Source: Bacteroidota bacterium
GTDB lineage: Bacteria > Bacteroidota > Bacteroidia > 2-12-FULL-35-15
Reading direction: 5' to 3'
DNA: 64,000 nt
Assembly: GCA_025963725.1 (NCBI GenBank)
Contig: JAOQAE010000002.1
Span: forward strand, 445,221-509,220
The notes below the pieces were generated by a model. It had not been told where the DNA came from. It worked only from the letters and a program-made list of their open reading frames with translations, and did not search any database. Shown piece after piece: positions 28,390-38,400 of this stretch. How positions within the stretch are numbered: position 1 is the first letter of the stretch; each line of letters starts with the position of its first letter. The translations under genes and the position numbers were made by a program.

Positions 28390-31300
28390 ATGAAAAAGTC
28401 ACTACTCTTTCTTTCCCTCATTACGTCGGCGTTTGCCTCGGATGCACAAACTACGCTCATAGGAGCTGCCAACAATGGCAATTTTGAGAATGCAACACCG
28501 GGCACCAACTGGACCATCGTTAACCCAGGAACCAACTCGCTATGGTTCTGCGGCACCACTTCCAAATGTGCCGGAACCAACGGAGCTTATATTGGCACTG
28601 CCGTGGGCAATAACAATTACAATACGGGAACAAACAGGATCGCGCATATATACCGCGATGTTACCTTTCCCGCAGGTGAAACGCAGATCACGCTTACGTT
28701 CGACTGGAAAGGCCAGGGAGAAAGCACATACGACGGGTTAAAAGTCTTCATCGGCTCGGCAAGCGCCACGCCCGTAGCCAACACGGCATTTACAACAACC
28801 GATGCAACCGCATCGCAGATCGGCAGCACATGGTATAACCTGCAGGCAGCATGCGGCTCGGCAAGCATTACCATTACGGCTGCACAGGCCGGCAACTCAG
28901 CTGCTGCAAGCACAAGGCGCATCGTCTTTTCATGGCAGAATGATAACCTCAGCGGAACAACGCCTGCGGCAACATTCGACAATGTAGTGCTCACGAGCGC
29001 CATACCACCTGCGCCTAACTGCGCCACGTACACATCGCCTGCAAACGGCGCAACCGGGATCTGCAATACAAGCGCTTCGCTTAACTGGACCGCGCCTGCC
29101 ACCGGAGGCACGCCAACAGGCTATTTGCTGTATTTCGGTACGGATGCGGCCGCCACTAATATTGTGAACGGTACCAACATTGGAAACGTGCTCACGTACA
29201 ATCCGGGAGCACTCACTGCAAGCACCACCTATTACTGGAAAATAGTGCCTACCAACGGCGGCGGTTCCGCCAGCGGCTGTACGATCTATTCGTTTACAAC
29301 AAACGCCGGATGCTATCCCCAGGCAACGGCTTCCTACACGGCCTGCGGCGGCACATACTACGATTCAAATATTTCAGGGAATTATGCAAGCAGTGAAAAC
29401 AGCACCATCACCTTCTGCCCCAGCGTTGCCGGGCAAAAAGTATCTGTGCTGTTCAGCGCTTTCAATACCGAAGCTACTTATGATATCCTCACGGTGTACA
29501 ACGGGCCAAGCACCGCATCTCCTGTGCTGGCGAGCTTATCCGGAACCACGGTGCCTTCCTGCGCATACACGTCCACAGATGCAGGCGGCTGCTTAACTTT
29601 CCGCTTTGTTTCCGACGGATCATTTAACTATTCGGGCTGGACTGCAGCCATCAGCTGTGTGGCATCGGCGCCGGTGCCTAACTGCTCTGCTATTACATCC
29701 CCCTCGGCAGGCGCAACCGGGATCTGCAGTACCAGCGCATCGCTCAACTGGTCGGCACCAACGGGTTGCGGCATTCCCACGGGATACCTGCTTTACTTCG
29801 GAACGGATGCGGCGGCTACCAACATTGTGAACGGCACCAACATCGGGAATGTGCTTACCTACAACCCCGGAGCACTTTCGTCGAGCACCACTTATTACTG
29901 GAAAATAGTGCCTACCAGCTCGGCAGGCAGCGCCAGCGGCTGTGCGATCAATTCCTTTACCACATCGGCCGGCTGCTTTACACAGCAAACCGGATCGTTC
30001 AGCTCCTGCAGCGGAAGTTATTACGATTCCAGCCCTACCGGCAACTACGGGAACAGCGAGAACAGCACCATTACTTTTTGTCCCTCTACGGCAGGACAAA
30101 AAGTGCAGGTGCTCTTTAATACCTTCAATACAGAAAGCGGCTTCGATATTTTAACTGTATACGATGGGCCAACCACGGCCTCGCCTGTGCTTGCAACCCT
30201 TTCAGGAAGCAGTGTTCCAAGCTGTCCGTATATTTCCACCAATGCCGGCGGATGCCTTACCTTCCGCTTTGTTTCCGATGGTTCTGCTACCTACTCCGGC
30301 TGGGATGCCAGCATCAGCTGTGTGGCCTCCGCACCACTGCCGGGCTGTGCAACACTTACAGCCCCGGTGGACGGCCTTACAGGAGTTTGCAATACCAGCA
30401 TGAGCCTCAACTGGACCGCACCTTCGGGATGCGGCGTTGTTACGGGGTATCTATTGTACTTCGGAACTGATCCGGCTGCAACAAACATTATCAACGGCAC
30501 CAACATCGGGAATGTGCTTACCTATAATCCGGGCATACTTTCAGCGAGCACCACCTATTACTGGAGGGCTGTGCCGGTAAATTCGGTGGGAAGCGCAACA
30601 GGCTGCCCTATCTATTCATTTACCACCAGCGCCGGATGCTATACACAGCAAACCGGAACATTCAGCGCCTGCGGAGGAAATTATTACGATTCAAACCCTA
30701 CGGGCAACTATGCAAATAACGAGAACAGCACCATTACATTCTGCCCGAGCGTTGCCGGCCAGTTCGTTCAGGTGAACTTCAGCTCCTTTGTAACCGAAAG
30801 CGGCCTCGACATCCTTACCGTGTATAACGGGCCTACCACTGCTTCTCCCGTGCTTGGAACGCTTTCTGGAAACATTATCCCCTGCACCTACACATCCACC
30901 GACGCAGGCGGATGCCTTACCTTCCGCTTTGTATCCGACGGATCCACACGCTATGCAGGATGGAATGCGCTCATCAGCTGCGTTTCCACACCTCCGGGGC
31001 CCCTGGCCGGAAGCACCTGCGCCAATGCGCTTTCGATCACGCTTCCCTACAGCGCCACTTCGCAAACCACCGCCTGCTACGGAAATGATTATACAAATGC
31101 CAGCACCGGCTCCTGCGCCACCCTGTATGAATCAGGAGAAGACCATGTGTATGCGTACACAGCCAGCGGCGCCGAATGTATCGGCATCACCCTTTCAAAC
31201 ACCAGCACCAACTCCATCGGCTACCAGGTGTACAGCGGCTGCCCGGGATCTGCGGGAGCAAGCTGCATCGGCTCGGCAGGAGGCGCAACTTCGTCGACCC

Positions 31301-34158
31301 TCACCGGGAATGTTACGTTACCGGCTGCAGGTACCTATTACCTCGTAGTGGATACCTGGTCGACCCCGCTGAATGCAAATTATGATCTTTCCGTTTCTTC
31401 CTTCGGCTCGGGCCCTGCAAACGACCTGCCCTGCAGCGCCACTCCAATGACGCTTGGCGTTACTGAAACCGGCGACAATACCTGCAGCGGAAGCTCGGGC
31501 GAGCCGGCGGCACCGGCCTGCTGGACAGTTGGAAACAACAATTCCGTATGGTACAGCATAGTGCCTGCAGGTACCACCCTTAAAATAAGGACCAGCCTCG
31601 GAACACTAAGCAATACACAGATCGCCGTGTACAGCGGCACCTGCGGGCCAACGCTGACAATGGTTGCTTCCGCCTGTAACGACAATGGCCCTAACTGCGG
31701 ATCTACCACCGATTATGCCTCCACCTTATCGCTCACCGGCTTAACTGCCGGAAGCACCTATTACATCCGCGTAGACGGCTATACCAACCTTACGGGGACA
31801 TTCGGCATTGTTGCGATCGACGGTGCTTCCAGCTTCCCTCCTGTTGCGGGGCAGGATTGCAGCCTCGGAAATCCTGTATGTAATTCCACCATGTCGGTGA
31901 GCAATCCCGGCTACCAGGGCATCGGCTCCACCTGCGATATTCCTTCCAGCTACTGCCTCTTATCGGCTGAACGAGGATCGGCATGGTATACCTGGACCAC
32001 CAATGCGGCGGGTAACATTAACTTTGATATTGTGCCGAACGACTGGCCGGGATCACCAAGCACTACCAGCACCGATTATGACTTTGCATTATGGAAAGTA
32101 TCCGGCGGGGTTTCCTGCGCCACCATCCTTGCAGGAACATCTACGCCTGTAGCATGTAACTACAGCGGGCTTGGCGTAACCGGCCTCAGCCCTACCGGCA
32201 ATTCACCCGCTGCATACCCGGGCTTCAACGCCTCCTACGAGCCGCAGGTAGCCTGCGCGAGCGGCGACACCTGGATATTGCTGATCAACAACCACAGCAC
32301 CAGCACACAGGGCTTTACGATCAACTTTGCCACAGGCGCGGGCGGAGCACCTATCAACTATACACCTTCGCCTACTTCCATTACGTGGTCGGGCGGAACA
32401 AACACTGCCTGGAACCTTGCCAGCAACTGGGGCGGATGCGCCGTTCCTGTATGCGGCATCGATGCGGTTGTAAATCCTTTCACCACGCAGCCAAACATTA
32501 CTGCCGCAATGGGCGCGCAATACGTGAAGAACCTTACGATCAACCTGGGCGCCACCCTAACGCTGGGCGCGGGAAGCATCCTGCACATCTGCGGAAACCT
32601 GCTGAACAACGGGACCATTATCGCTTCTCCTACCTCCACGATCATTTTCGACAATGCAGCTTCGGCGCAGACCATGACGGGTAACTTTACAGGCACAAGC
32701 ACACTCGGAAACCTTACCGTTACTAAAACAGGCAGCTCGCTGTTCACGTCCGACGATGTGAGCATGAGCGGCAGCTTTACAACGTCGAACAGCACCAGCA
32801 CATTCGACAGCAATGGCAAATACATCAAGGTGGCAGGGAACTTCGTGAATGCAGCAGGAAACACCACCTTCAGCAATACCGGCACAACCGGAACGCTGGA
32901 ATTTAACGGTACTTCCGCCCAAACCTTTACGCAGGGAAGCAGCCAGCTCGACCTGAACAACGTGCTCATGAACCATACCAGCACGGGGGTTACCCTGCTT
33001 ACCGATATGAACATCAAGGCAAGCACCGGAACGCTCACGCTGACACTTGGCAAGATCACAACGGGCGCATTCAAAGTAGTGGTGAGCAACGCTTCCACCA
33101 CCTGTGTAACTGCCGGGAATACGAGCAGCTATGTGAACGGATTTCTGAGAAGGTATATCAATAACTCCACCGGCTCATTCGATTTCCCTGTGGGAACATC
33201 GAGCGCTTACCAGCGTGCGAATGTGAATTTCACGACCGCACCTACCATCACATACCTTACTGCCGATTTCCAGGTGTACGGAACCGTTCCGGGCCCTCTC
33301 GGCTCCAGCGAATGCGGATCGACGTACAACATGAATGCGCTGGACAACGGCTTCTGGAACATTGATGCAAACACTCCTAACAACAATACCGGCGTGTACA
33401 ACATGACCCTGTACAACCGCTCCTACACCAATGCGGCAAGCGGCTGGACGGTGATGGCACGCCATAACGGAAGCGCCACATGGGACATTGTGAACGGCGA
33501 CGGAAGCATGGGAACCTGCGTTGCAGGCGCTGTGACCGCAGTTGTACGAAACAACATGAAAGGCTTCTCGAGGTTTGGAACAGCGCAGTCGGACAATCCG
33601 CTGCCGATCGAGCTGATCTCGTTCACGGGCAAAAATGAAGGCGCAAAGAATAAGCTGGAATGGACTACTGCTTCAGAAGTGAACAATGATTATTTCTCGC
33701 TCGAGCATTCGGCCGACGGCAGCTCGTTTGAAACATTTGTTACGAAGGAAGGCGCAGGCAACAGCTCCGTAAGGATCAACTACGATGCCTATGACTATTC
33801 GCCATACAACGGCACCACGTATTACAGGCTGAAGCAAACGGATTACAACGGAAAATACAGCTACTCCTCCATCATTTCGATCGAGAACAAGCTTGACATG
33901 GTGGCTGTGAGCAATGTGCATCCGAACCCTACCACGGACGACCTGAACTTTGATTTCTATTCGCCGGTGAAGGGCACCGTAAGGATCATGATCATGGATT
34001 ATACGGGCAGGATAGTGGCTGATAAGGTGCAGACGGTTGAAGAAGGAAAATCGAGCCTCAACACACAGATGGGCGAGCTTGCAAAAGGCGTGTATGCCCT
34101 GAAGGTTGAATTCAGCGAAGGCGGATTTAAATCGATCACGAAAGTGGTAAAATATTAA
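28390..34158 (+). CDS. giant T9SS-secreted surface protein (1922 aa): signal peptide, three FN3-like+CUB-like modules, PPC-like beta-sandwich domains, beta-helix-like region, T9SS type A C-terminal sorting domain
   Basis: C-terminal Por/T9SS CTD (NVHPNPTTDDLNFDFY...GVYALKV); three copies of about 220 aa repeated (LNWTAP...YYWK...CPSVAGQ...LTFRFVSDGS). Confidence 0.8.
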   Translation: MKKSLLFLSLITSAFASDAQTTLIGAANNGNFENATPGTNWTIVNPGTNSLWFCGTTSKCAGTNGAYIGTAVGNNNYNTGTNRIAHIYRDVTFPAGETQITLTFDWKGQGESTYDGLKVFIGSASATPVANTAFTTTDATASQIGSTWYNLQAACGSASITITAAQAGNSAAASTRRIVFSWQNDNLSGTTPAATFDNVVLTSAIPPAPNCATYTSPANGATGICNTSASLNWTAPATGGTPTGYLLYFGTDAAATNIVNGTNIGNVLTYNPGALTASTTYYWKIVPTNGGGSASGCTIYSFTTNAGCYPQATASYTACGGTYYDSNISGNYASSENSTITFCPSVAGQKVSVLFSAFNTEATYDILTVYNGPSTASPVLASLSGTTVPSCAYTSTDAGGCLTFRFVSDGSFNYSGWTAAISCVASAPVPNCSAITSPSAGATGICSTSASLNWSAPTGCGIPTGYLLYFGTDAAATNIVNGTNIGNVLTYNPGALSSSTTYYWKIVPTSSAGSASGCAINSFTTSAGCFTQQTGSFSSCSGSYYDSSPTGNYGNSENSTITFCPSTAGQKVQVLFNTFNTESGFDILTVYDGPTTASPVLATLSGSSVPSCPYISTNAGGCLTFRFVSDGSATYSGWDASISCVASAPLPGCATLTAPVDGLTGVCNTSMSLNWTAPSGCGVVTGYLLYFGTDPAATNIINGTNIGNVLTYNPGILSASTTYYWRAVPVNSVGSATGCPIYSFTTSAGCYTQQTGTFSACGGNYYDSNPTGNYANNENSTITFCPSVAGQFVQVNFSSFVTESGLDILTVYNGPTTASPVLGTLSGNIIPCTYTSTDAGGCLTFRFVSDGSTRYAGWNALISCVSTPPGPLAGSTCANALSITLPYSATSQTTACYGNDYTNASTGSCATLYESGEDHVYAYTASGAECIGITLSNTSTNSIGYQVYSGCPGSAGASCIGSAGGATSSTLTGNVTLPAAGTYYLVVDTWSTPLNANYDLSVSSFGSGPANDLPCSATPMTLGVTETGDNTCSGSSGEPAAPACWTVGNNNSVWYSIVPAGTTLKIRTSLGTLSNTQIAVYSGTCGPTLTMVASACNDNGPNCGSTTDYASTLSLTGLTAGSTYYIRVDGYTNLTGTFGIVAIDGASSFPPVAGQDCSLGNPVCNSTMSVSNPGYQGIGSTCDIPSSYCLLSAERGSAWYTWTTNAAGNINFDIVPNDWPGSPSTTSTDYDFALWKVSGGVSCATILAGTSTPVACNYSGLGVTGLSPTGNSPAAYPGFNASYEPQVACASGDTWILLINNHSTSTQGFTINFATGAGGAPINYTPSPTSITWSGGTNTAWNLASNWGGCAVPVCGIDAVVNPFTTQPNITAAMGAQYVKNLTINLGATLTLGAGSILHICGNLLNNGTIIASPTSTIIFDNAASAQTMTGNFTGTSTLGNLTVTKTGSSLFTSDDVSMSGSFTTSNSTSTFDSNGKYIKVAGNFVNAAGNTTFSNTGTTGTLEFNGTSAQTFTQGSSQLDLNNVLMNHTSTGVTLLTDMNIKASTGTLTLTLGKITTGAFKVVVSNASTTCVTAGNTSSYVNGFLRRYINNSTGSFDFPVGTSSAYQRANVNFTTAPTITYLTADFQVYGTVPGPLGSSECGSTYNMNALDNGFWNIDANTPNNNTGVYNMTLYNRSYTNAASGWTVMARHNGSATWDIVNGDGSMGTCVAGAVTAVVRNNMKGFSRFGTAQSDNPLPIELISFTGKNEGAKNKLEWTTASEVNNDYFSLEHSADGSSFETFVTKEGAGNSSVRINYDAYDYSPYNGTTYYRLKQTDYNGKYSYSSIISIENKLDMVAVSNVHPNPTTDDLNFDFYSPVKGTVRIMIMDYTGRIVADKVQTVEEGKSSLNTQMGELAKGVYALKVEFSEGGFKSITKVVKY
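28999..30985 (+). repeat. three tandem direct repeats of about 660 bp inside the adhesin gene (FN3+CUB-like modules)
   Basis: Long identical nucleotide runs (e.g. ggaacggatgcggcggctaccaacattgtgaacggcaccaacatcgggaatgtgcttacctacaaccccggagcactt) recur at about 29100, 29790 and 30460. Confidence 0.8.
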
Positions 34159-34173
34159 GAGCAGATCAATGGC

Positions 34174-34208
34174 AGGGGCTTCACTGAATGTGAAGCCTCT
34201 TTGCTTTT
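34174..34208 (+). terminator. rho-independent terminator of the adhesin gene
   Basis: aggggcttcac-tgaat-gtgaagcctct followed by ttgctttt. Confidence 0.65.
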
Positions 34209-34306
34209 AAACGGTTCCGAAAACTAAGTTTCCGCCTTCTTTTGAATGGAGCATTTTGAAAATAAATCTTTACATTCGTAACGTTTTTACAAAACACCCT
34301 AAAAAA

Positions 34307-35362
34307 ATGCTGATCAAAAGGTGCCTTGTGTTTCTGATTTGTATTTCCGCCGGCAGCTCCTGCTTTGCGCAATTGAATGCAAGCGCAGGGAATGATAAAG
34401 TGATCTGCCCCGGATTCGGCATTGTGATCGGCGGCTCGCCTACCGCATCGGGAGGCCTCGCGCCATACACCTATTCCTGGCAGCCGACCACCGGATTAAG
34501 CGCAACCAATACATCAAATCCTACAGCCACTCCAGGTTCCAACATCAGCTATACTGTTACCGTTACCGATGATACCGGGGCGGTAAGGACGGATGTAGCC
34601 ACTGTTTTCATCAATGACATTACCTACATCACCGCCGGAAGGGATACAAGCATCTGCGTGAACAGCTTTGCAGGCATCGGTTCGGGCGGAAATAATTATC
34701 CGGGCATCACTTATTCATGGTCACCGGGAAGCACGCTCGACGATTCCACCAGCGGGGCGCCGGTATCATCACCGGGCTTATCGAGCGTTACGTATACATT
34801 AACGGCAACAACGGCTGGGTGTCCGCCGAAAACCGACCAGGTGACAGTTACCGTGATCCCGACACCTCCTATTAATGCAGGCCCGGACACAGTCATACAG
34901 GAAGGCGCCGTAGCCATCCTCCACGGTTCGGGAGGTGCAGCATACGCCTGGGGAAACACCCCGGAGATCATGTACATTTATTCTTCCAGCTGCGATGTGG
35001 AGCCGGTGGTAACCACCACGTATTACCTTTACGGAACCGATCCCACGGGGAAATGCCCGGGCTACGACAATGTTACCGTATTTGTTGAAGCGAATGATGA
35101 AGTAGTGATCTATAATACATTTACGCCGAACAACGACGGCAACAACGATACCTGGTACATCGGTAATATTCAGAAGTACCCCGACAATCAACTGGAAGTA
35201 TACAACCGCTACGGCAAGCTGGTTTATAAAACGAGCGGCTATGCGAATACCTGGGACGGACGGGTTTCGGGGGATGAGCTTCCGGCAGGGACTTATTTTT
35301 ATGACCTTAATCTCGCGCCGGGGCTTCCAAAGCATCACGGCACACTCACCATACTCAGGTAA
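34307..35362 (+). CDS. T9SS type B C-terminal domain (gliding-motility-associated CTD) protein, SprB-like small cargo
   Basis: C-terminal FTPNNDGNNDTWYI...YNRYGKLVY...WDGR motif; Ig-like repeats; signal peptide from Met at 34307 (the ORF starts at 34256). Confidence 0.75.
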   Translation: MLIKRCLVFLICISAGSSCFAQLNASAGNDKVICPGFGIVIGGSPTASGGLAPYTYSWQPTTGLSATNTSNPTATPGSNISYTVTVTDDTGAVRTDVATVFINDITYITAGRDTSICVNSFAGIGSGGNNYPGITYSWSPGSTLDDSTSGAPVSSPGLSSVTYTLTATTAGCPPKTDQVTVTVIPTPPINAGPDTVIQEGAVAILHGSGGAAYAWGNTPEIMYIYSSSCDVEPVVTTTYYLYGTDPTGKCPGYDNVTVFVEANDEVVIYNTFTPNNDGNNDTWYIGNIQKYPDNQLEVYNRYGKLVYKTSGYANTWDGRVSGDELPAGTYFYDLNLAPGLPKHHGTLTILR

Positions 35363-35365
35363 GAA

Positions 35366-36325
35366 ATGAAAAAGATACTGGCATGCTGCTATTTGCTTAT
35401 TGTGTTCGCGGGCGCTTCGCCTGCGCAGCAAATGCCATACTATTCACAGTTCCGGAGCAATCTTTACATGATCAACCCGGCGGTTACAGGAACTAAAAAG
35501 CTGGTGGATGCGCGCCTTAATTACCGCGCCCAGTGGATGGGTTATGAAGATGCGCCGCGCACGGCGAACATGAGCCTTCACAGCCGCTTCCTGAAAGGGA
35601 AGATGGGCGCCGGGCTTTACCTGATGCAGGATAAGGTAGGGCCGTTCAAGCAAATGAACCTCGGGCTGAGCTATGCCTATCACATTCGCTTTCCCGATGT
35701 GGAGCTTTCCGCAGGTGTAGCCGGGAATTTTTCAAAACAGACCCTCATCGGCGATAAAATTTACCTTCACAATTCGCAGGACCCTTCCATCAACCAGTAT
35801 GTGACCAACAGCACCTGGGCTTCGGATGCACACGCGGGGATCTACCTGTACAACGACCGCTTTCATGTTGGGCTCAGCGCCCTGCACATGATGGAAACCA
35901 CTGCTGAATTTTACAAGAAGGACACTACAAAAAAGGGATTCCTGAAATATGCCGACCACGTAAATTTTACGCTGGGCTACAATTATTCCCAGAACCCTGA
36001 TTATGTTCTGGAAAGCACCCTGTACGGGATCTACGTTGCGGGCACCCCGTTCAATCTTGATTACACGCTGCGCGTACATTACAAGCAGATGATCTTCGCG
36101 GGATTTTCAGTACGCCTGCGGGATGCGGTAGCATTGCATGTAGGCGCCACGTTCATGGAAGAATACCAGGTGAGCTATTCGTACGACCTGCTGATCGGCA
36201 AGATGAAGAACTACAGCAGCGGCTCGCATGAGATCATGATCGCGTTCAGCAGCAGCATCTTCAAGCAGAAGCGCGGAAGGGCGAACGACAAGTTCCTGCA
36301 CCAGCGCTACGGCTATATGTTCTAA
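35366..36325 (+). CDS. PorP/SprF family T9SS outer-membrane protein
   Basis: N-terminal QQMPYYSQFRSNLYMINPAVTG resembles PorP/SprF; beta-barrel-like alternation; 4-bp gap after the type-B cargo gene. Confidence 0.7.
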   Translation: MKKILACCYLLIVFAGASPAQQMPYYSQFRSNLYMINPAVTGTKKLVDARLNYRAQWMGYEDAPRTANMSLHSRFLKGKMGAGLYLMQDKVGPFKQMNLGLSYAYHIRFPDVELSAGVAGNFSKQTLIGDKIYLHNSQDPSINQYVTNSTWASDAHAGIYLYNDRFHVGLSALHMMETTAEFYKKDTTKKGFLKYADHVNFTLGYNYSQNPDYVLESTLYGIYVAGTPFNLDYTLRVHYKQMIFAGFSVRLRDAVALHVGATFMEEYQVSYSYDLLIGKMKNYSSGSHEIMIAFSSSIFKQKRGRANDKFLHQRYGYMF

Positions 36326-36327
36326 AG

Positions 36328-37095
36328 CTATTCCACAATTTTATATTTCAGCACCGCTTCATTCCTTGAGCAGGAATTGAAATGCCACCATTCCGTGGTG
36401 ATGCCTGTAAATCCGGCGGCCTGCATGGCCTCCCGTAAGATCTCCCTGTTAAAAAGCTGCTTGTGTGTAAGCCTTCCCTCGCGGATCATGCGCTGCTCCT
36501 CACGCGGATATGCAAGCTCCCCGAAAAAATCATAGGGTGTTCCCATATCGAGCAGGATCCCGTTCTCGTCAATGATGCTGAGGTCGACAGCAGCGCCGAA
36601 ATTATGCAGGGAGCCATTCTGCGGATTGGAAACATACTTGGAGCGTTCGTAGGCAGGAACCGCAATGGTGTCCCACATCCTCGCCTGGATGCTGCGCGGC
36701 CTCACACCGTCGAAAACGATCAGCGAATAATACGGGTATTTCTCCTTCAGCAGCTCCTGCGCCTTTTTCAGCTTTAATGCCACATCCGGCTGCAGGTAAC
36801 ATTTTTCAAGGTCGCCATACATATCAGCGAACAGGAAATTATCGCAGCTGGAATATTTCAGGTCAACGGAGATGCTGCTGTCTGCAGAGGCAATCTCCAC
36901 CAGCCCTGCGGCAATGAGCTGCTGCTCGATGGCTGCGGTGTCAGGAACGATCTTGTTCCCGGTACTGACTTCGGCTGGCTTTGCAGCGGCAGAATCGGCA
37001 ACAGCCAGGGGAACATCTGTACGCTCCTTTGCCTTCTCCTTGCAGGCAGCAAGCAGCGCTGCTAAAAACAATATGGATAAAAAGTTCTTCCCCAT
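36328..37095 (-). CDS. M15 family D-Ala-D-Ala dipeptidase (VanX/DdpX-like), lipoprotein
   Basis: VanX-like motifs (SxHxxGxAVDL, ...EWWHF); lipoprotein signal LLAACKE. Confidence 0.7.
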   Translation of the reverse strand: MGKNFLSILFLAALLAACKEKAKERTDVPLAVADSAAAKPAEVSTGNKIVPDTAAIEQQLIAAGLVEIASADSSISVDLKYSSCDNFLFADMYGDLEKCYLQPDVALKLKKAQELLKEKYPYYSLIVFDGVRPRSIQARMWDTIAVPAYERSKYVSNPQNGSLHNFGAAVDLSIIDENGILLDMGTPYDFFGELAYPREEQRMIREGRLTHKQLFNREILREAMQAAGFTGITTEWWHFNSCSRNEAVLKYKIVE

Positions 37096-37135
37096 GTGAA
37101 GCGGCAAAGTTACGGATAATTAATACTTTTGTGAG

Positions 37136-38092
37136 ATGAACGCACATGCTTCCAAAATACTCATGATCCGCCCGGTACAGTTCGGCTTCAACGAGGAAAC
37201 CGCCGGAAGCAATTCGTTTCAGAACAAGGCGGCGGAAGCAGCTGAGCAGATCCAGCAGAATGCCTTAGAAGAGTTTGATGCCTTTGCGCAGAAGCTCCGG
37301 GATGCCGGAATAGATGTTGAGCTCTTTAGCGATACGCCTCTGCCCTATACTCCCGATTCCATATTTCCCAACAACTGGATCTCCTTTCACAGCAATACGA
37401 TCGTGCTTTACCCGATGCTGGCGGAGAACAGGCGCTTTGAAAGGCGTCAGGACATCATTTCCCGCTTCAGCGACAGCGTAACAACAATGATCGACCTTTC
37501 GGAAAACGAAAGAAAGAACATTTATTTAGAAGGTACCGGCAGCATTGTTTTCGATTATGAGAACCGCATTGCCTTTGCTAATCTCTCAGCGCGTACAAAT
37601 AAAACATTATTATCGGAGCTCTGCTTCCGTCTTAATTACAGGCCTGTGGCCTTTAAGGCGGTAGACCTTGCAGGCGCCGATATTTATCATACCAATGTGC
37701 TGATGTGCATCGGGAAAAAATTTGCAGTGCTTTGCAGCGAATGCATCCCGGATGCGGAAGAGCGTAAACTGCTGATCAGCGAGATTGAAAGAACCGGCAG
37801 GGAGATCATTTTCATCAGCTATGCGCAGATGAATTCCTTTGCAGGAAATATGTATGAGCTGTTCAATGATAAAAAGGAAAGCATCATTGTGATGAGTGAA
37901 CAGGCTTATAAAGCATTAACAAAAGAGCAGGTTACCCGGCTTGAAAAATACGGCAGCATCCTGCATTCACCGCTTTATACCATTGAAAAGCATGGCGGCG
38001 GCAGCGCAAGGTGCATGATAGCGGATGTGAGGTGGCAGCCGGCGGGATTTATTGATGATGTATTTGAGTTTGTGAGTGATGTTTTTTTGTAA
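37136..38092 (+). CDS. amidinotransferase/arginine deiminase-superfamily hydrolase (CtlX-like)
   Basis: N-terminal KILMIRPVQFGFNEET and C-terminal GGGSARCM catalytic-Cys motif typical of the superfamily. Confidence 0.55.
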   Translation: MNAHASKILMIRPVQFGFNEETAGSNSFQNKAAEAAEQIQQNALEEFDAFAQKLRDAGIDVELFSDTPLPYTPDSIFPNNWISFHSNTIVLYPMLAENRRFERRQDIISRFSDSVTTMIDLSENERKNIYLEGTGSIVFDYENRIAFANLSARTNKTLLSELCFRLNYRPVAFKAVDLAGADIYHTNVLMCIGKKFAVLCSECIPDAEERKLLISEIERTGREIIFISYAQMNSFAGNMYELFNDKKESIIVMSEQAYKALTKEQVTRLEKYGSILHSPLYTIEKHGGGSARCMIADVRWQPAGFIDDVFEFVSDVFL

Positions 38093-38400
38093 TGGGGAGT
38101 TAGTAGCTGGTAGTTCGGAGATCGGAGATGGTTAACCTGATGATAGAAGTTTAAAATCAAGATTGGAATTATAAAACAGTGCAGTAACAATTCCCCTCTT
38201 GAGAGGGGTTAGGGGTGTGTCTATCGGAATCGCTCGACAAGCGCAGCCACACAGATTCGTAAATTCGTACAGATTCGCGATCCGTACACAAATTCGTAAA
38301 TTCGAAGAATGAGATTGCTTCGTCGTACCTCCTCGCAATGACGTTCCCGGAATGGCAATTAGAACAATTCGTATATTCGTAAAAATTAGTATTCGTAGTT
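38093..38400. repeat. composite intergenic repeat block: G-rich tract, GACGGTTAAC-like motif, GC hairpin CCCCTCTTGAGAGGGGTTAGGGGTGTGT (38193-38220), ATTCGTAA arrays and the 32-bp element (38311-38342)
   Basis: The same module order recurs at 52259-52488 and partly at 50829-51133 and 53053-53286. Confidence 0.8.

Noticed and set aside
28475-34000. Numerous 60-250-aa ORFs in alternative frames within the adhesin gene
   Set aside because: Artefacts of the Gly/Thr/Ser-rich repetitive coding sequence. The single long frame has a signal peptide and a T9SS CTD.
38132-38338. ORFs beginning MRGGTTKQSHS... (also 50867..51052) in two places
   Set aside because: Both lie entirely inside the composite intergenic repeat blocks. 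The shared N-terminus is just the translation of the 32-bp repeat, so they are not genes.
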